Below, piece after piece: positions 26,001 through 37,117 of a stretch of DNA of 38,722 nucleotides. Every line of letters starts with the position of its first letter. Position 1 is the first letter of the stretch. Source of the DNA: Rozella allomycis CSF55 (taxonomy: Eukaryota). A program made the position numbers and the translations under genes. The notes beneath the pieces are model-generated. The model saw nothing but the letters and a program-made list of their open reading frames with translations. It ran no database searches and was not told the DNA's origin. The stretch covers positions 265,341-304,062 of the forward strand of contig KE561047.1 in NCBI GenBank assembly GCA_000442015.1, given 5' to 3'.

Positions 26001-28349
26001 ATACTTTGCTTCTCTCACAATATCCTTCAATTCCGGTTTATAATTCACAACAAATATTTCTTCTTTGCTTCCATCAACTGCCTCTTTGGCTAATATAAAC
26101 GCCTTCAAATATCCCAGCGAATTGCTCTCCACGTGATCACACCACTGTCTATAAAGTTGATCTTCATATTCCTTCATAGATTTAGCCACAGTCAAATACT
26201 TAGCAGTCACTTGCTTTCCCATATCAGAATCCAACATTTCTATCTAATTCAAATCATTAAAAAATACCTTTCATAGATTGGAATCGCAATATAGTCTTTT
26301 TGATCCTCTGAAACAATGATCTTGACCATGATATACTTCCAGCAATCTTGGGCTCATTCTTGTTCACTGGTGGATCATCCCTGCGTGATTATGAAAATTC
26401 ATAAATTACTTTGACTTTACAAATATTTCATTAATTATATCAATCTCTTTGCTATACTGCTCCAAAATATCATTAAACTTTTGCAACAGTTGCTTGTTGA
26501 TTGATTCGCGTGATTTAATATTTTTAATGTTCAATAACAAATCAAAGGCACCTTCAGCCGAACGAAGCTTTTTAAATGATGCATCAATAAATTGTTTAGC
26601 CATGTCTTCAATCTGCAAAATTTGTTCTCTAAACTTTGTCATCACAATATCCCATTGCGGTTGATGCTTTTTGTTAAACAAATCAAATGTTATTGATTCA
26701 ATTGGTATTATCAATCCTTCAATTCTCTTAATCACTTCATCAATCTGCTGTGGGTCACCTGTAACCGCCTTCAACTCTGGTCCAAATATACTATAAAATT
26801 GTTCCATAACTTCCACAACCTCAAACAAATCAGCACATCTTTGGGTCATATAATTGGTTTGCTCAAACAACTTTCTTCTATCAAATTCCCATCTTTGATC
26901 TCTTCCAGATTGCTCAATTTTATCTCTAACTTCAAAATACGTTCTACTCCATGCTTCCAATAAATTCTTTGCATCACTTATTGTTTTCTTGGCCTTTTTG
27001 GTTGGCTCCCTTAAAATTTCACGAACATTCACTATCCCCATAACTTTATTGGATATTTCCCACGCAATTCTCACCATCAATGGGACCATCCTTTCATCTC
27101 GGTTGTAATGACGTGACAAAATCCAAACCATCTTGATTGCATTCATAAGAGATGGCAAGGAATCCTTTCTTTAATTTTGGATGTTTAAATTACCTGCACT
27201 CCCTGCAATGAACCTGTAATAATAGATTTAAAATGTCTCTCCAAAGTACCCAAGAATTTTGTATTATCTCGTGCTTCAGTATACAACTTTTGTAATTCAG
27301 CAAGCTGTGTAGTCAAAGGACCGTGATGGACTGTCTCTGCTTGTTGCACAATATGAATAATAGACTTTGCAACAGGCAAGCTTAATTGCTCATATAACGT
27401 CGATAAGTTGCCATTTCTTTCCCTCCAGTAGTCAATTTCTGCTATTGGACCCTATTTATTATTAAAAAATCTTTTACATGTCCCTGTGGAACCTTCTTTG
27501 TTTCCTTGTCCAGAATACTGGCAATGATCTTAACCCATTCGTCTGCAACTTTATCCAACTCTTCCAATTTAGCGTTATCTTTTAATATAGCATCCTGATG
27601 ACTAATATCAATGTTTGGTATTCTTATTCGAACATCTCCAGCTACTTGCTGCACAGTATGCCCGATTTGAGTTGCAAACTTATTCAAAGCTTTAGTCAAT
27701 AAAAAATTTAATAATTACTAAGGCGAACTTCGTTTCGAAAATTATCATGTTCCCCGGTTCCAATATTGTTCAACATGGGCAAATACACTTCATTGATCAT
27801 TTGTTCCAAGGTCACAAGTAACTGTCCGTTCATAGAACCAATGTCAAATTCTCCAGGTAAAATATTGTTGGCATCTATTGAAAACACGGTGACATTTGTT
27901 ACCTTCCATGTTGGCAGGGACAGGTATAGGCACACCGTCTCTTGCAATACGAACAAAATACATTGACAAACACTCAGAAATGATCTTTGGAAACTTTTTA
28001 GCACATACACGCAATTTCTATATTTAACACCCATGCTATTTACTCCAGAATCAATGTAGAACAAAACAGCATTTACATTATTGCGTCCCTCTAAAAAGTC
28101 ATACAGAAGCCATGAACTTTCAAAGTTTTTTTCTTTAAGCATCTCATCAAATAAAGCAAAACATTTTTCTTTATCTTCAGCATAAAATAATGGTGAAACT
28201 CGCAATTTTTCTTTTATCCAATGATGCCTCATGTCGGCGCTAGGTGGCACTCCAGAAAGTGCTTCATTAGCATTTCCAGGAGTTTCATGTTTTAAAATTC
28301 CAGCGTCTGGCGGAGGCTCAGTGGTAATTGGGCGTTCAATATCAGCCAT
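14037..28349 (-). CDS. DNAH10: Axonemal inner-arm dynein f/I1 1-alpha heavy chain (DNAH10 type)
   Basis: Tail, linker, AAA1 ([16 protein letters not shown]...[10 protein letters not shown]), AAA2 ([10 protein letters not shown]), AAA3, AAA4 ([10 protein letters not shown]), stalk, AAA5-6 and C-terminus [10 protein letters not shown]. 22 interruptions: 28018-43, 27875-902, 27690-718, 27452-77, 27165-93, 26381-409, 26240-67, 25581-607, 23864-90, 23643-71, 23372-98, 22351-79, 22016-42, 21461-87, 21217-44, 20936-21021, 20077-133, 18718-74, 18035-61, 17932-58, 16514-42, 16187-216. Confidence 0.93.
18718..18774 (-). other. Composite 57-nt intron: two abutting GT-AG mini-introns (29+28 nt)
   Basis: CCAG|gtaaagattaaagactttaattaatctag|gtaaattaattgttttatttaataaaag|GTTTG; removing both units restores NFPGLVNNT. 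Confidence 0.8.
20077..20133 (-). other. Composite 57-nt intron: two abutting GT-AG mini-introns (29+28 nt)
   Basis: GCAG|gtacgaaagattcattaatttaatattag|gtataaatgatttacacttataatccag|GTAAA; removing both units restores [15 protein letters not shown]. Confidence 0.8.
20936..21021 (-). other. Composite 86-nt intron: three abutting GT-AG mini-introns (29+29+28 nt)
   Basis: ATG|gtaatgaaatgattgaagtgttaacatag|gtaatgaaatgattgaaatgttaacatag|gtaattgtttatcttacttctcaaaaag|GTT; removal restores SRCGMVYMDP. The first two units are 28/29 identical. Confidence 0.8.
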
Positions 28350-28459
28350 TACTTTGTTTTGACAAGGGTCTCATCTTAATTAAACACCAAATAATTTATC
28401 GATACAATGTTTTATTAACTTTATTATCAATTATATTGCTTTCAAAGACAATTGAACGT

Positions 28460-29658
28460 TTAGCACCCAGGACACACATGAAGGACATCATGGATGTAAA
28501 CGTCACAATCCATGCAAAATGTTTTAAGACATTTAGGACATTTTAACATAGAATTTAGAGGTAATTCGCTGTCACAAGATGTGCAGCAATATATTTCGGA
28601 AGCACTTTCACTCGTGATTGTTTCAAACTGTGGGATCGGAAACAAATGGTGATTTGATCGTGCTAAATGAGGAGCGGATATTAAAGTCAGACCACAAACG
28701 GGACATTCCATCGGTAACATACAAACTTTTGAGCTACAAGTGGGACATATGAATCCTCCGGAATAAATCGTGGAATGGCTTTATGTTGTATAGTTTAAGA
28801 TTTTACCATGAACATAAAGAGTGATCCTGGCTAGATAGCTGCAAAGGAAATCCCATTTGTAGTAGAGATGCCTTTTTAACAACAGTTGTTGGAGGTGGAA
28901 TAATCATTGACATGAATATATCTTTAAGGTGATGCTCATCTACACATACATGAAATTCACCTTTGAAAAACATATATAATCAATACCATTAGTTTCTTTA
29001 GCTAAAGTCTTGCATATTTTGAGTTCAGCGGACATGCTGATATATGAGGATCTAATCTGACTTGATTTCATAAGTGGCAAAATATCAAAAATATCAGAGG
29101 GATCGGTTGAAGTCAAAGAACTGTAAACAAGGACTATTTCTTTTGAACCTTGACTTCCAATAATACTATCAACATTTAGTATATCGGTTACTTAAGTGAC
29201 TTGGTGGCAAGATCTAATGCATTGAAAATAGACATCTCGCCAAAAGGTTCTGGAAAGTCAGATATTTCTTTCATTAACTTTTCTGGTGTTCCGGTCATTT
29301 CCACTATTTTTTTAGCGACGCCATCTCTCATAATAATTATACCTAATTGACTAATTGGATTTTGATCAAAAAATTCGGTAACGAAATTCTGTAGCGCAGA
29401 TTTTAGACAAGAAAATCTGGATGGAATAAAATCCTTTTCCATCAGGGAGTATGACAAATCAACACATATATACAAAAACCTAATCAATCCTCTTTGAATA
29501 CTTTGAGTCTGTCTTTTTTTCAGCCGTAAATGTCTTTGAAGTTCTAAATTCGCAATGGCGCTTTTCAAGCTGCCCTTTTCATCTTCTTTTAAGGCGTCCC
29601 AGGATCTCTTGTAACTTTCTTCCCATGAGTAATTTGTGCTGTCCTCATTTGTTAACAT
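28460..29658 (-). CDS. SSL1: TFIIH subunit Ssl1/p44 (GTF2H2)
   Basis: YSWEESYKRSWD, RGLIR...EFFDQNPISQLGII vWA domain, C4 zinc finger, CPVCGLTLISAPHLARS and C-terminal FCMDCDVYIHDVLHVCPGC. Introns 29166-29191, 28961-28986, 28779-28806. Confidence 0.93.
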
Positions 29659-29684
29659 GAAAAATTCGAAAATAGAATTTGAAT

Positions 29685-29903
29685 TTATTGTAAGCCCTTG
29701 ATGGCATCATTTTGTGTTTTTGGTTCACAATCTAATTCAGGAATATAAGTTTTATTACATATGGCTGCTAGAACTGAATATTGATAAATGAACCCTAATA
29801 GAAATCCTGAAGTGCCGGATACAAGCCAATCAAATAATCTTGGGTTTCTATATTGCCACGCTACAAACGAAGGAAGCTTAAAGGGTGAAGTGATTTTTAT
29901 CAT
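29685..29903 (-). CDS. Small hypothetical single-pass membrane protein
   Basis: ATG ORF filling an intergenic gap, with one hydrophobic segment (WLVSGTSGFLLGFIYQYSVLAAI) and a typical 27-nt GT-AG intron candidate at 29732-29758. No family recognised. Confidence 0.4.
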   Translation of the reverse strand: MIKITSPFKLPSFVAWQYRNPRLFDWLVSGTSGFLLGFIYQYSVLAAICNKTYIPELDCEPKTQNDAIKGLQ

Positions 29904-30092
29904 ATCCTCAATCCTGTGGCTTTGATGAAATGAAATGAAATGAAATTTATTTAACGAGGTTACGAGGGGGGGTACCGATAACATCGATTTTGAAGCCTAA
30001 CAATTGATTAAATTCGAATTTGACGACATTCAAATGCACTAAATAACTATTATCTATACTAAATAATGAATAATGAAAATTATATGAGCCAT

Positions 30093-32686
30093 TTATTGCC
30101 AAAGTTGTTTGACCCATTGAATGCCTTCATCTGCCTTCACGGAAACAGCATTTATTTCGGTTTGTGTTCTTTTGGAACGCCAAAGATGATTCCATAGACT
30201 AAGCCAATTGCATAGCTGTGTCGACGTGGTAAATTCTTCTTGTAGAAAACCACCTACATTGGAATTCATTATCTTATTATAGAACGCTTTATCTTGAAGA
30301 AGTTTAAATAGCAAATTTGCGACGATTCCAGGACTATTAGGAGGTACCAAGAATCCATTCTTTTGGTCGACAACTTGCCAAGGGATGCCTCCAATTTTAG
30401 TAGTTATCTAATTGAATTTTGTAATAAATTCTACTATAGGAATTTTTTTCATTATGGCTTCCGAAACCTTTATTTCAAAACCCTCGCGAATTGATAATTG
30501 AAGAGCAGCAAAAGCACCTCGTAATATAGTGTTTAAAAGCTGGTCCGATGGAGGTAATCTCGCTATAATTATATCGTGTCTGTATTTAAATAAAGTCGTA
30601 TCATTTTGAATCATGTTAAGGGCTTGCTCATAAACCAAAGATCCATCTTTTAGGGCGAACTAGAATCTTTACCTGGATCGTCAATTGATCCATGACCACA
30701 TACCACCAATTGAGGTTCATGACCGTTTTTGGCGTCAATGTGGTCGCTATCCAACATGCTCCTTAATATTTTGTATGAATTAATAACATCAGGAATTCCT
30801 AAGAAACTGAATAACATAAAGGAACTATACCTTTGGAAGGGTCGAATCGACTTATTTGGACTATGTNCTTAATATTTTGTATGCATTAATAACATCAGGA
30901 ATTCCTAAGAAACTGAATAACTTAAAGGAACTATACCTTTGGAAGGGTCGAATCGACTTATTTGGACTATGTATGGTCTTGAAATGTCCAACTTCGGCAT
31001 ATTCTGCTCACCGCAAATTCTCCTAAACATGTGAAGATAGTACTCAATGTCCCTATTTGATAGAGTCTTATTTAATCCATCCAAAGGATCAGTTCTACGC
31101 ACCATAAATTAAGAATTTACGTTGCAGGCATAAAATATACCTTAGATTTGTCAATTTCAGATGGCACAAATGAATTGACGGGGTGACTAATAAAAGCGTC
31201 ACATTTCTCGATCTTGCCTTTGAACAAATAATCCCAGACATCTTTTTGTGATGAATTTAACGATAACAAGTCTGTTCGAATCTCAATGTGCGAACGATAA
31301 ATCAAAACGCATTCCGAGTTAACTTCCTTTATAAAAGGAATTAGTCCCACGACTTTACAGATCGAAGAACATTCTTACCTTGTGGATCGTCAAGAACTAT
31401 TATGTCTGCAAGTTTGAAAACACTTGACTGCCAATACCTTTCAGCGTTAAATCTAGACCATTTCTCATACAGATCTTTTTCATCAATTGTCAAACGTTCA
31501 GTGCTAACACCTGTAGTTGACAACATAAATTTAGTCCTTACCCTGTAACACATTATGTATTTTTCTTTTTGTGACCTGAAAAACAGCAGGATTAGGTCTA
31601 ACGACGTACCATTGAATATTCAATTGGAACAATTTGCTTAGCCGAATTAAGGCGTGTCGCATCAATGCGACACCACCTCCTTGAGGGGTGGAGCTAATGA
31701 ACGATACATATATATTTGGTTTTAGATTTGAAAAAATAGATACTTGTTTTAGCAAATTCTTCCATAAATACTCTGAACAAATTTTCTCATAATCATGTAG
31801 GTTAACTAAGCGAATGGCATTACAATCTACTTCAACTCTGTTTTTAAATCCGATAGAAAGTCTTGGAATGGAGACGTTAGGTCCGAAGAGTCCAATAGCT
31901 TTGCGAACAGCCGAATCTGCTCGTTCATCCGTTGTAACACCTACATTTATAATAATATAAATTTAAATACCAGATGTATCAAATTCACATGGAAGTATGT
32001 CTAGTTCTAGCCACAGCCTAGACATGAATGATTGCAAGACGTCTATTTTAATTTTGGCGCCAGACGGTGTTGAAATTGTCGTTGTAAAACAGTTTTTACA
32101 TACACTCACTGCAATAATCTTATTTTTCTTTTCTTTCTGATATTTAATCAACCAGTTAAGTAAGTAATTTTCTAATTGAAAACCTAGATTAGACATTATT
32201 CCTTTACGTTACTGATTTTATCTAACGTTTTTCTTACAATTGAGTCATCATTAGCCAAAAATGCGTGAGAATGATGTAAAGTGTCATTCCACGATATTTG
32301 GTATTCAGGTTCCCACGAAACACCTCTGATCATTGGACTGCTTGAGCCTGAAAGAGAACAACTGTCTCCGCACTTTATTTTTCTCATATCATCTGTTTCC
32401 ATATTGAAATATATTTTTTCGCAAAGTGTTTCCAAAATGTAACTCCCATCGTGTATTGCAACACAAAAACGACCAATCCAATGATTCTGACATAGTTCAT
32501 AACCGGATTTCTCGTAAGAATCATTGCATGAGATGTCTTGGTTTCCGTGATTTGTAAATAAATTATTTTTTGAACATCTATTTCCACATGAACAAAACGC
32601 TACTTATCTGGCTCGATTTCCACCTCAATGCCTACAAATACTGACGGGAAAAGGCATGGTGCTTCAAATTGCTTCGTTTTTGACAT
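30093..32686 (-). CDS. Fungal-type trehalose synthase/trehalose phosphorylase (GT4, CCG-9-like)
   Basis: IHDGSY, RLWLELDILP, DERADSAVRKA..FGP, SSTPQGGGVALMRHALIR, DDPQ, RSHIEIR, TDPLDGLNK, QISRFDPSKGIPDV, GHGSIDDPDG, LQLSIREGFEIKVSEA. Nine introns of 26-32 nt; the assembly is interrupted by the duplication at 30762-30972. Confidence 0.88.
30762..30972. repeat. 105-bp direct duplication flanking a single N (probable unmerged contig overlap)
   Basis: 30762-30866 and 30868-30972 are identical except for two substitutions; N at 30867. Confidence 0.9.
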
Positions 32687-33004
32687 GACTAGGCTTAAAT
32701 GTTAAAATTTGATCTGATTAAATATTCTTCAGCTTTCCTTTTCATTGTTTCCAAATTTTGATGAATAAATAATCGAATCTATTTAGCTTTTACAATTATA
32801 CACTATTATAAACAATTATATGTTAATAATTTTTTAATTCATAAGGTCTTCGAACGTTATGATTCATGATGTTAGATATAGGGTGGAATCCAATCATATA
32901 AATTCTACATACATATGTCTTGCTGAGCTCTTTACCAAGCAAGTTGGAATCAAAGAAAAATATTTATTATCACCAATTTAATATATCCATTTCGATGAAC
33001 ATAG

Positions 33005-33264
33005 ACTTATTTTTTTTTTTTTTTTTTTTAATAAGTTAAAGAATTTATTTATAATAATCTTTTAAATCAGCCAACGCGAAGGAATAAGCCTTGAGAATCT
33101 CTATTTCTTCCCTACTAGGTTTCCTAAGGTTTAAACTGTCATAAAACATTAAATATACTGATAGACTATTTTCTGTTAAATGAATATTATAAATATCTTT
33201 TATATTCTTTATGAAATCAGTCCAAAAGGGTATACTAACTCCTGGACATTCAAAAAACTTATTT
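33005..33264 (-). mobile_element. 5'-truncated non-LTR retrotransposon (L1/Tx1-like LINE 3' end) with poly(A) and 8-bp TSD
   Basis: T20 run at 33010-33029 (poly(A) on the minus strand). ACTTATTT direct repeats at 33005-33012 and 33257-33264. The enclosed ORF starts FFECPGVSIPFW, like the end of the LINE ORF2 C-terminal Cys/His motif, and stops at 33045 within AATAAA. Confidence 0.78.
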
Positions 33265-33326
33265 AAAAAAAAGAAATTAATCAATAAAAAAGTTGATATA
33301 TTTAAAAAAAATTTAAACGAATGTAT

Positions 33327-34645
33327 TTATTCGTGAAGATAAGGAACAGCAACGAGTTCTGGATTAAGACAATTTCTGTTTTCGTCGAACTGAAAGAGAT
33401 CAAAGCATTCTTCACAGTAAAGGCAAGGAGTTTCTGGGGCGTTAGGATCGTTTAAGCACCCAACAGCAGCAGAGTACACATCGCACATTCTGCACTTTTT
33501 TCTTTTCAATTTGCTCAATAGCGTTCTGATAGGATACAAACTTCTTTCCTGACAATCTTGTGACGTAATATTTCTGACATCTTTGATGATCAATGCATGC
33601 TGGCAATCACCGGCATGCATATAAACATATTCATTATTGACTCGTAGGCATAAATCTGAAAAAGTAACTTTATCCATTTCCGATGTTGAAAGAACACCTC
33701 CGTAAGGCTGTTTATCACGGGGCATTTGATTTATAAAATTAATAATATTTCTAGGTGTATAAATTTTTAAAATAATACTTGCTATAATCAATTGCGTTAT
33801 GTTCTCTGAAATCATTGTAAAAAACACCTTCAATAAAGAAAAAACCAGAACCTGATCCTTTGGCAGATTTGATTGGTCTTTCAAGTAATGGATAAAATGG
33901 ATTTTCAGGTCTTTCTTTTTGAAAATAATAGTTATTCGCGCAATATATTAAGTCCCGAAGTTCAGATAACTTTTGTGACCCCAAGACCAAAAATTCTTGT
34001 ATTCTGGCATGAAAACTTCCTTGTGAAAAATAATTAATGACTTGAATCTGAATAATTATCTCACTTCCCGATATCGGATCTTGAACAGGCGTGTTTCTTA
34101 TCTTCTCCATCTCTTAATTGTACGAAATTAATCTTACCATAGATTCGTTCATAAAATTATTGGGAGTGAGTGGGTACTTGCTCATTTGTTTCGTTTGTTT
34201 TTCAATGCGGAAGTCTGCAGAAAACATTGTTAAATTGCTTTCTTTTATCCTTTTTTTATATTCTAGATACTTTAATTTCAAACTTATCTCTTGGGGAGGA
34301 ATATTTAGCTTGTCAACATATCTTCTCGATTTCGCTTTGTTATCAATCGGCTGTTCAACGCGTTCGTCAATTTCATCTTCTTTTACTAAATCTATAAAAT
34401 ACAATAAACCACACCATACCTTTGGGGATGTAGTCTGTTAGAAGATTAAAATATCTTGGATCATTGATTATTTGATTCACAAATTTAGTGTTTTCGTCGT
34501 TAATTTCGTAGTACTCTTCCTCTTTGTCAGGTAGTGTTGGCATGGATTTAATTGAGTTTTGAATTTCTCGGACTTGGTTTTTAAATTCTCTGATGCTATC
34601 GTAGGTTCCCGCGGGTTGTGCGAATATAGAGAAATTTTTGGACAT
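33327..34645 (-). CDS. SNAPC3: snRNA-activating protein complex subunit 3 (SNAP50)
   Basis: QEFLVLGSQKLSELRDLIYC, SGFFFIEGVFYND, YMHAGDCQH, KCRMCDVY...PCLYCEECF. Introns 34392-34419, 34111-34137, 33751-33778. Confidence 0.85.
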
Positions 34646-34795
34646 GTGTGGCTTGGTTTTGAACAACGACTTTCAATCTTTAAATGAATAACAAAAACAT
34701 CAATTTAAAAAAATTCCAAATGATATTGTGACTTCGATTCCAAATCTTCAATTAATCCTTAAAATATATTTTGTGTGGCTAAACACAGCAAGGGT

Positions 34796-36162
34796 ATGTC
34801 TGAAGAAACTCCAAGCGTTACTTTTAAATCTCTTGGTTTAGCGGACGTGTTGTGTGAAACATGCGAAAAATTAAATTTTAAAGCACCAACTAGAATTCAG
34901 CAGGAAGCTATTCCTTGGGCTTTACAAAATAGAGACATTATAGGCCTTTCGGCGACAGGATCTGGAAAAACTGCTAGTTTTGCTCTTCCAATTCTGCATT
35001 CACTACTGGAAAATCCTCAACCATTTTTCGCTTGCATTATGGCCCCGACAAGAGAATTGGCGGTTCAAATTTCGGAACAGTTTTCTGCACTCGGCTCAGA
35101 CATGGCTGTTAGATCTGTTGTTCTTGTTGGGGGTATCGATATGGTCGATCAACAAAGAATGCTTGCGAAAAATCCTCACATTATTGTAGCGACACCAGGA
35201 CGACTTCTAGATCATTTAGAGAATACTAAAGGATTTTCCATGAAGAAGCTTAAGTACCTTGTCCTTGATGAGGCTGACAGATTGCTTTCTATGGATTTTG
35301 GCGAGGAAATTGATAAAATTTTAAAGTGTATTCCGAAAGAAAGACGTACATTTTTGTTTTCAGCCACGATGACAAAGAAGGTTGAAAAGCTCCAAAGAGC
35401 ATCCCTGACAAATCCTGTGAAAGTTGAAATTAATACAAAGTATTCGACGGTAGATACTCTTTTGCAATATTACATGTTCATACCAGCTAAACGCAAGGAT
35501 TGCAATCTGGTTTATTTGCTAAATGAAATGGCCGGTAATTCGGTAATAGTATTTACTGCTACTTGCGTCAATGCTCAAAAAGTGGCACTTTTATTACGAA
35601 ACCTCGGATTTGAAGCTATCCCGCTTCATGGAAAACTCTCTCAAGCAAAGAGATTAGGATCCTTGACAAAATTTAAGTCTGGAAATAGAAATATATTGAT
35701 TGCGACAGATGTTGCCAGCAGGTAAGATGATTGTGGTATGTTGAAATATAGAGGATTAGATATTCCTCAAGTCGATGTGGTCATTAATTATGATATACCA
35801 CAACACTCAAAAGATTATATTCATAGAGTCGGTAGAACTGCACGTGCCGGAAGAGCTGGGAAGTCTATTAATCTTGTTACGCAATATGATGTTGAATTAT
35901 ATCAAAGAATAGAGGTTCTTCTCGGGAAAAAATTGGATGAATTTCCTCACGATAAAGAAGCGGTTCTAATTCTTCAAGAAAGAGTTGCAGAAGCTCAAAG
36001 AATGGCTATACTTGTAAAAATATTCATGCTTCTTAAACATAGCAATTAAGAGACCAAGAAGACAATAAGGGCCCAAGAAGAAAGAGAAGTAGAACTATTT
36101 CAACGTATGAAGAGCAAGAAGCAGAAAAAGAGTTAGGATTAGATGTATTAAAGAGAAAATAA
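34796..36162 (+). CDS. RRP3: DEAD-box rRNA-processing helicase Rrp3/DDX47
   Basis: [64 protein letters not shown]. Introns 35722-35751, 36014-36042. Confidence 0.93.
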
Positions 36163-36165
36163 AGT

Positions 36166-36577
36166 TTAATTTGCATTAGAAACCATTCTGACATTTTCTT
36201 TCGCTATATCTTCAAACAAGGCCTGATTATCTCTATCAGGAACTTCAATATTGTAATATTTCCTAGCCTTATTAATATATAACAAATAACTAACCATCGA
36301 CTCAAAATCACCCAAGTTTCCTATGTAAAGTCCTTCTCTCCTATAAATTAGGACATCTTCCAATGCAATTTTATTCCATTTGTTTCTGGAAGTGATTTCA
36401 TTCACTTTTTCCTCAAACATATTGTCATTGTTCTCAGCGATAATTTCAATTCGAACGCAGGGCAAATTCCTATTTAGAAAATACGCTAAAGCCTCTGCCT
36501 TAAATATAGAAGTTATATAATAGTACTTTCGCAAATTGTACAGACCCAATTTTCCCCATAATTACGATGTCAGCCAT
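36166..36577 (-). CDS. Stand-alone protein resembling the N-terminal (glutaredoxin-like) domain of ciliary MDH1B/PPIL6
   Basis: Spliced product MADIVIMGKIGSVQFAKAEALAYFLNRNLP...ARKYYNIE...IAKENV resembles, from memory, MDH1B MAKFVIAG...AKTELVADYLQKNLP...AQLYYDV...IAQENL. Introns 36499-36526, 36268-36294. Confidence 0.6.
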
Positions 36578-36688
36578 GCCGATCCTATTCTCCGTCGTCC
36601 AATTTTTCTAATGATAGATAAATTATTTAATTAGACACACATAGCAATCATCTTCAAATTTCACACTTATACTACCTAGTTCTCAATC

Positions 36689-37087
36689 ATGGACAATAAC
36701 ACATCTGAATTACATCTAAACAAAGAGGACGAAGTCTATTTATGGGGCTCAACGACCACACTTACAATGGAACGGAATCATTTGTTCACTAATTATATAG
36801 CTCATCAGCCTAGTAATAATAGCGTTGTGACTAATACTACCGTTCCTTTTGATAACTCAAAAAATAGAATGAATACTTATAGTTGCTTCCCTGAGGCAGA
36901 AATCTTGAATCATGAATTATCTAAAGACATTGCTTCATTAGGATTTTTATTGTCGGCAGTACTTTCCATTGTGATATGCTCCATTCTGATATTTTCAACG
37001 CATTCCTTTTTACCGAAATGGCACCACATGGCAAGAAACGGAAAAATTGTCAGAATAGATGATTTTAATAAAATATTTGGAGTATGA
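36689..37087 (+). CDS. Hypothetical single-pass membrane protein
   Basis: 132-aa ATG ORF with an N/T/S-rich N-terminus and one strong hydrophobic helix (IASLGFLLSAVLSIVICSILIF). Confidence 0.5.
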   Translation: MDNNTSELHLNKEDEVYLWGSTTTLTMERNHLFTNYIAHQPSNNSVVTNTTVPFDNSKNRMNTYSCFPEAEILNHELSKDIASLGFLLSAVLSIVICSILIFSTHSFLPKWHHMARNGKIVRIDDFNKIFGV

Positions 37088-37117
37088 ATGTTTTCAAACA
37101 TTACTGTGGCGAAGTTG

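Noticed and set aside
14037-28349. Fragmented ORFs suggesting pseudogenes, stop-codon reassignment or programmed frameshifts
   Set aside because: Nearly all breaks are explained by 26-33 nt GT-AG introns under the standard code; TAA, TAG and TGA all serve as terminal stops.
29926-29972. (TGAAA)4 microsatellite and G7 run upstream of the small ORF
   Set aside because: Short simple repeats with no evidence of function.
30762-30972. Real exon duplication or mutually exclusive exons in trehalose synthase
   Set aside because: The copies meet at an N and break the frame, which is typical of an unmerged scaffold overlap.
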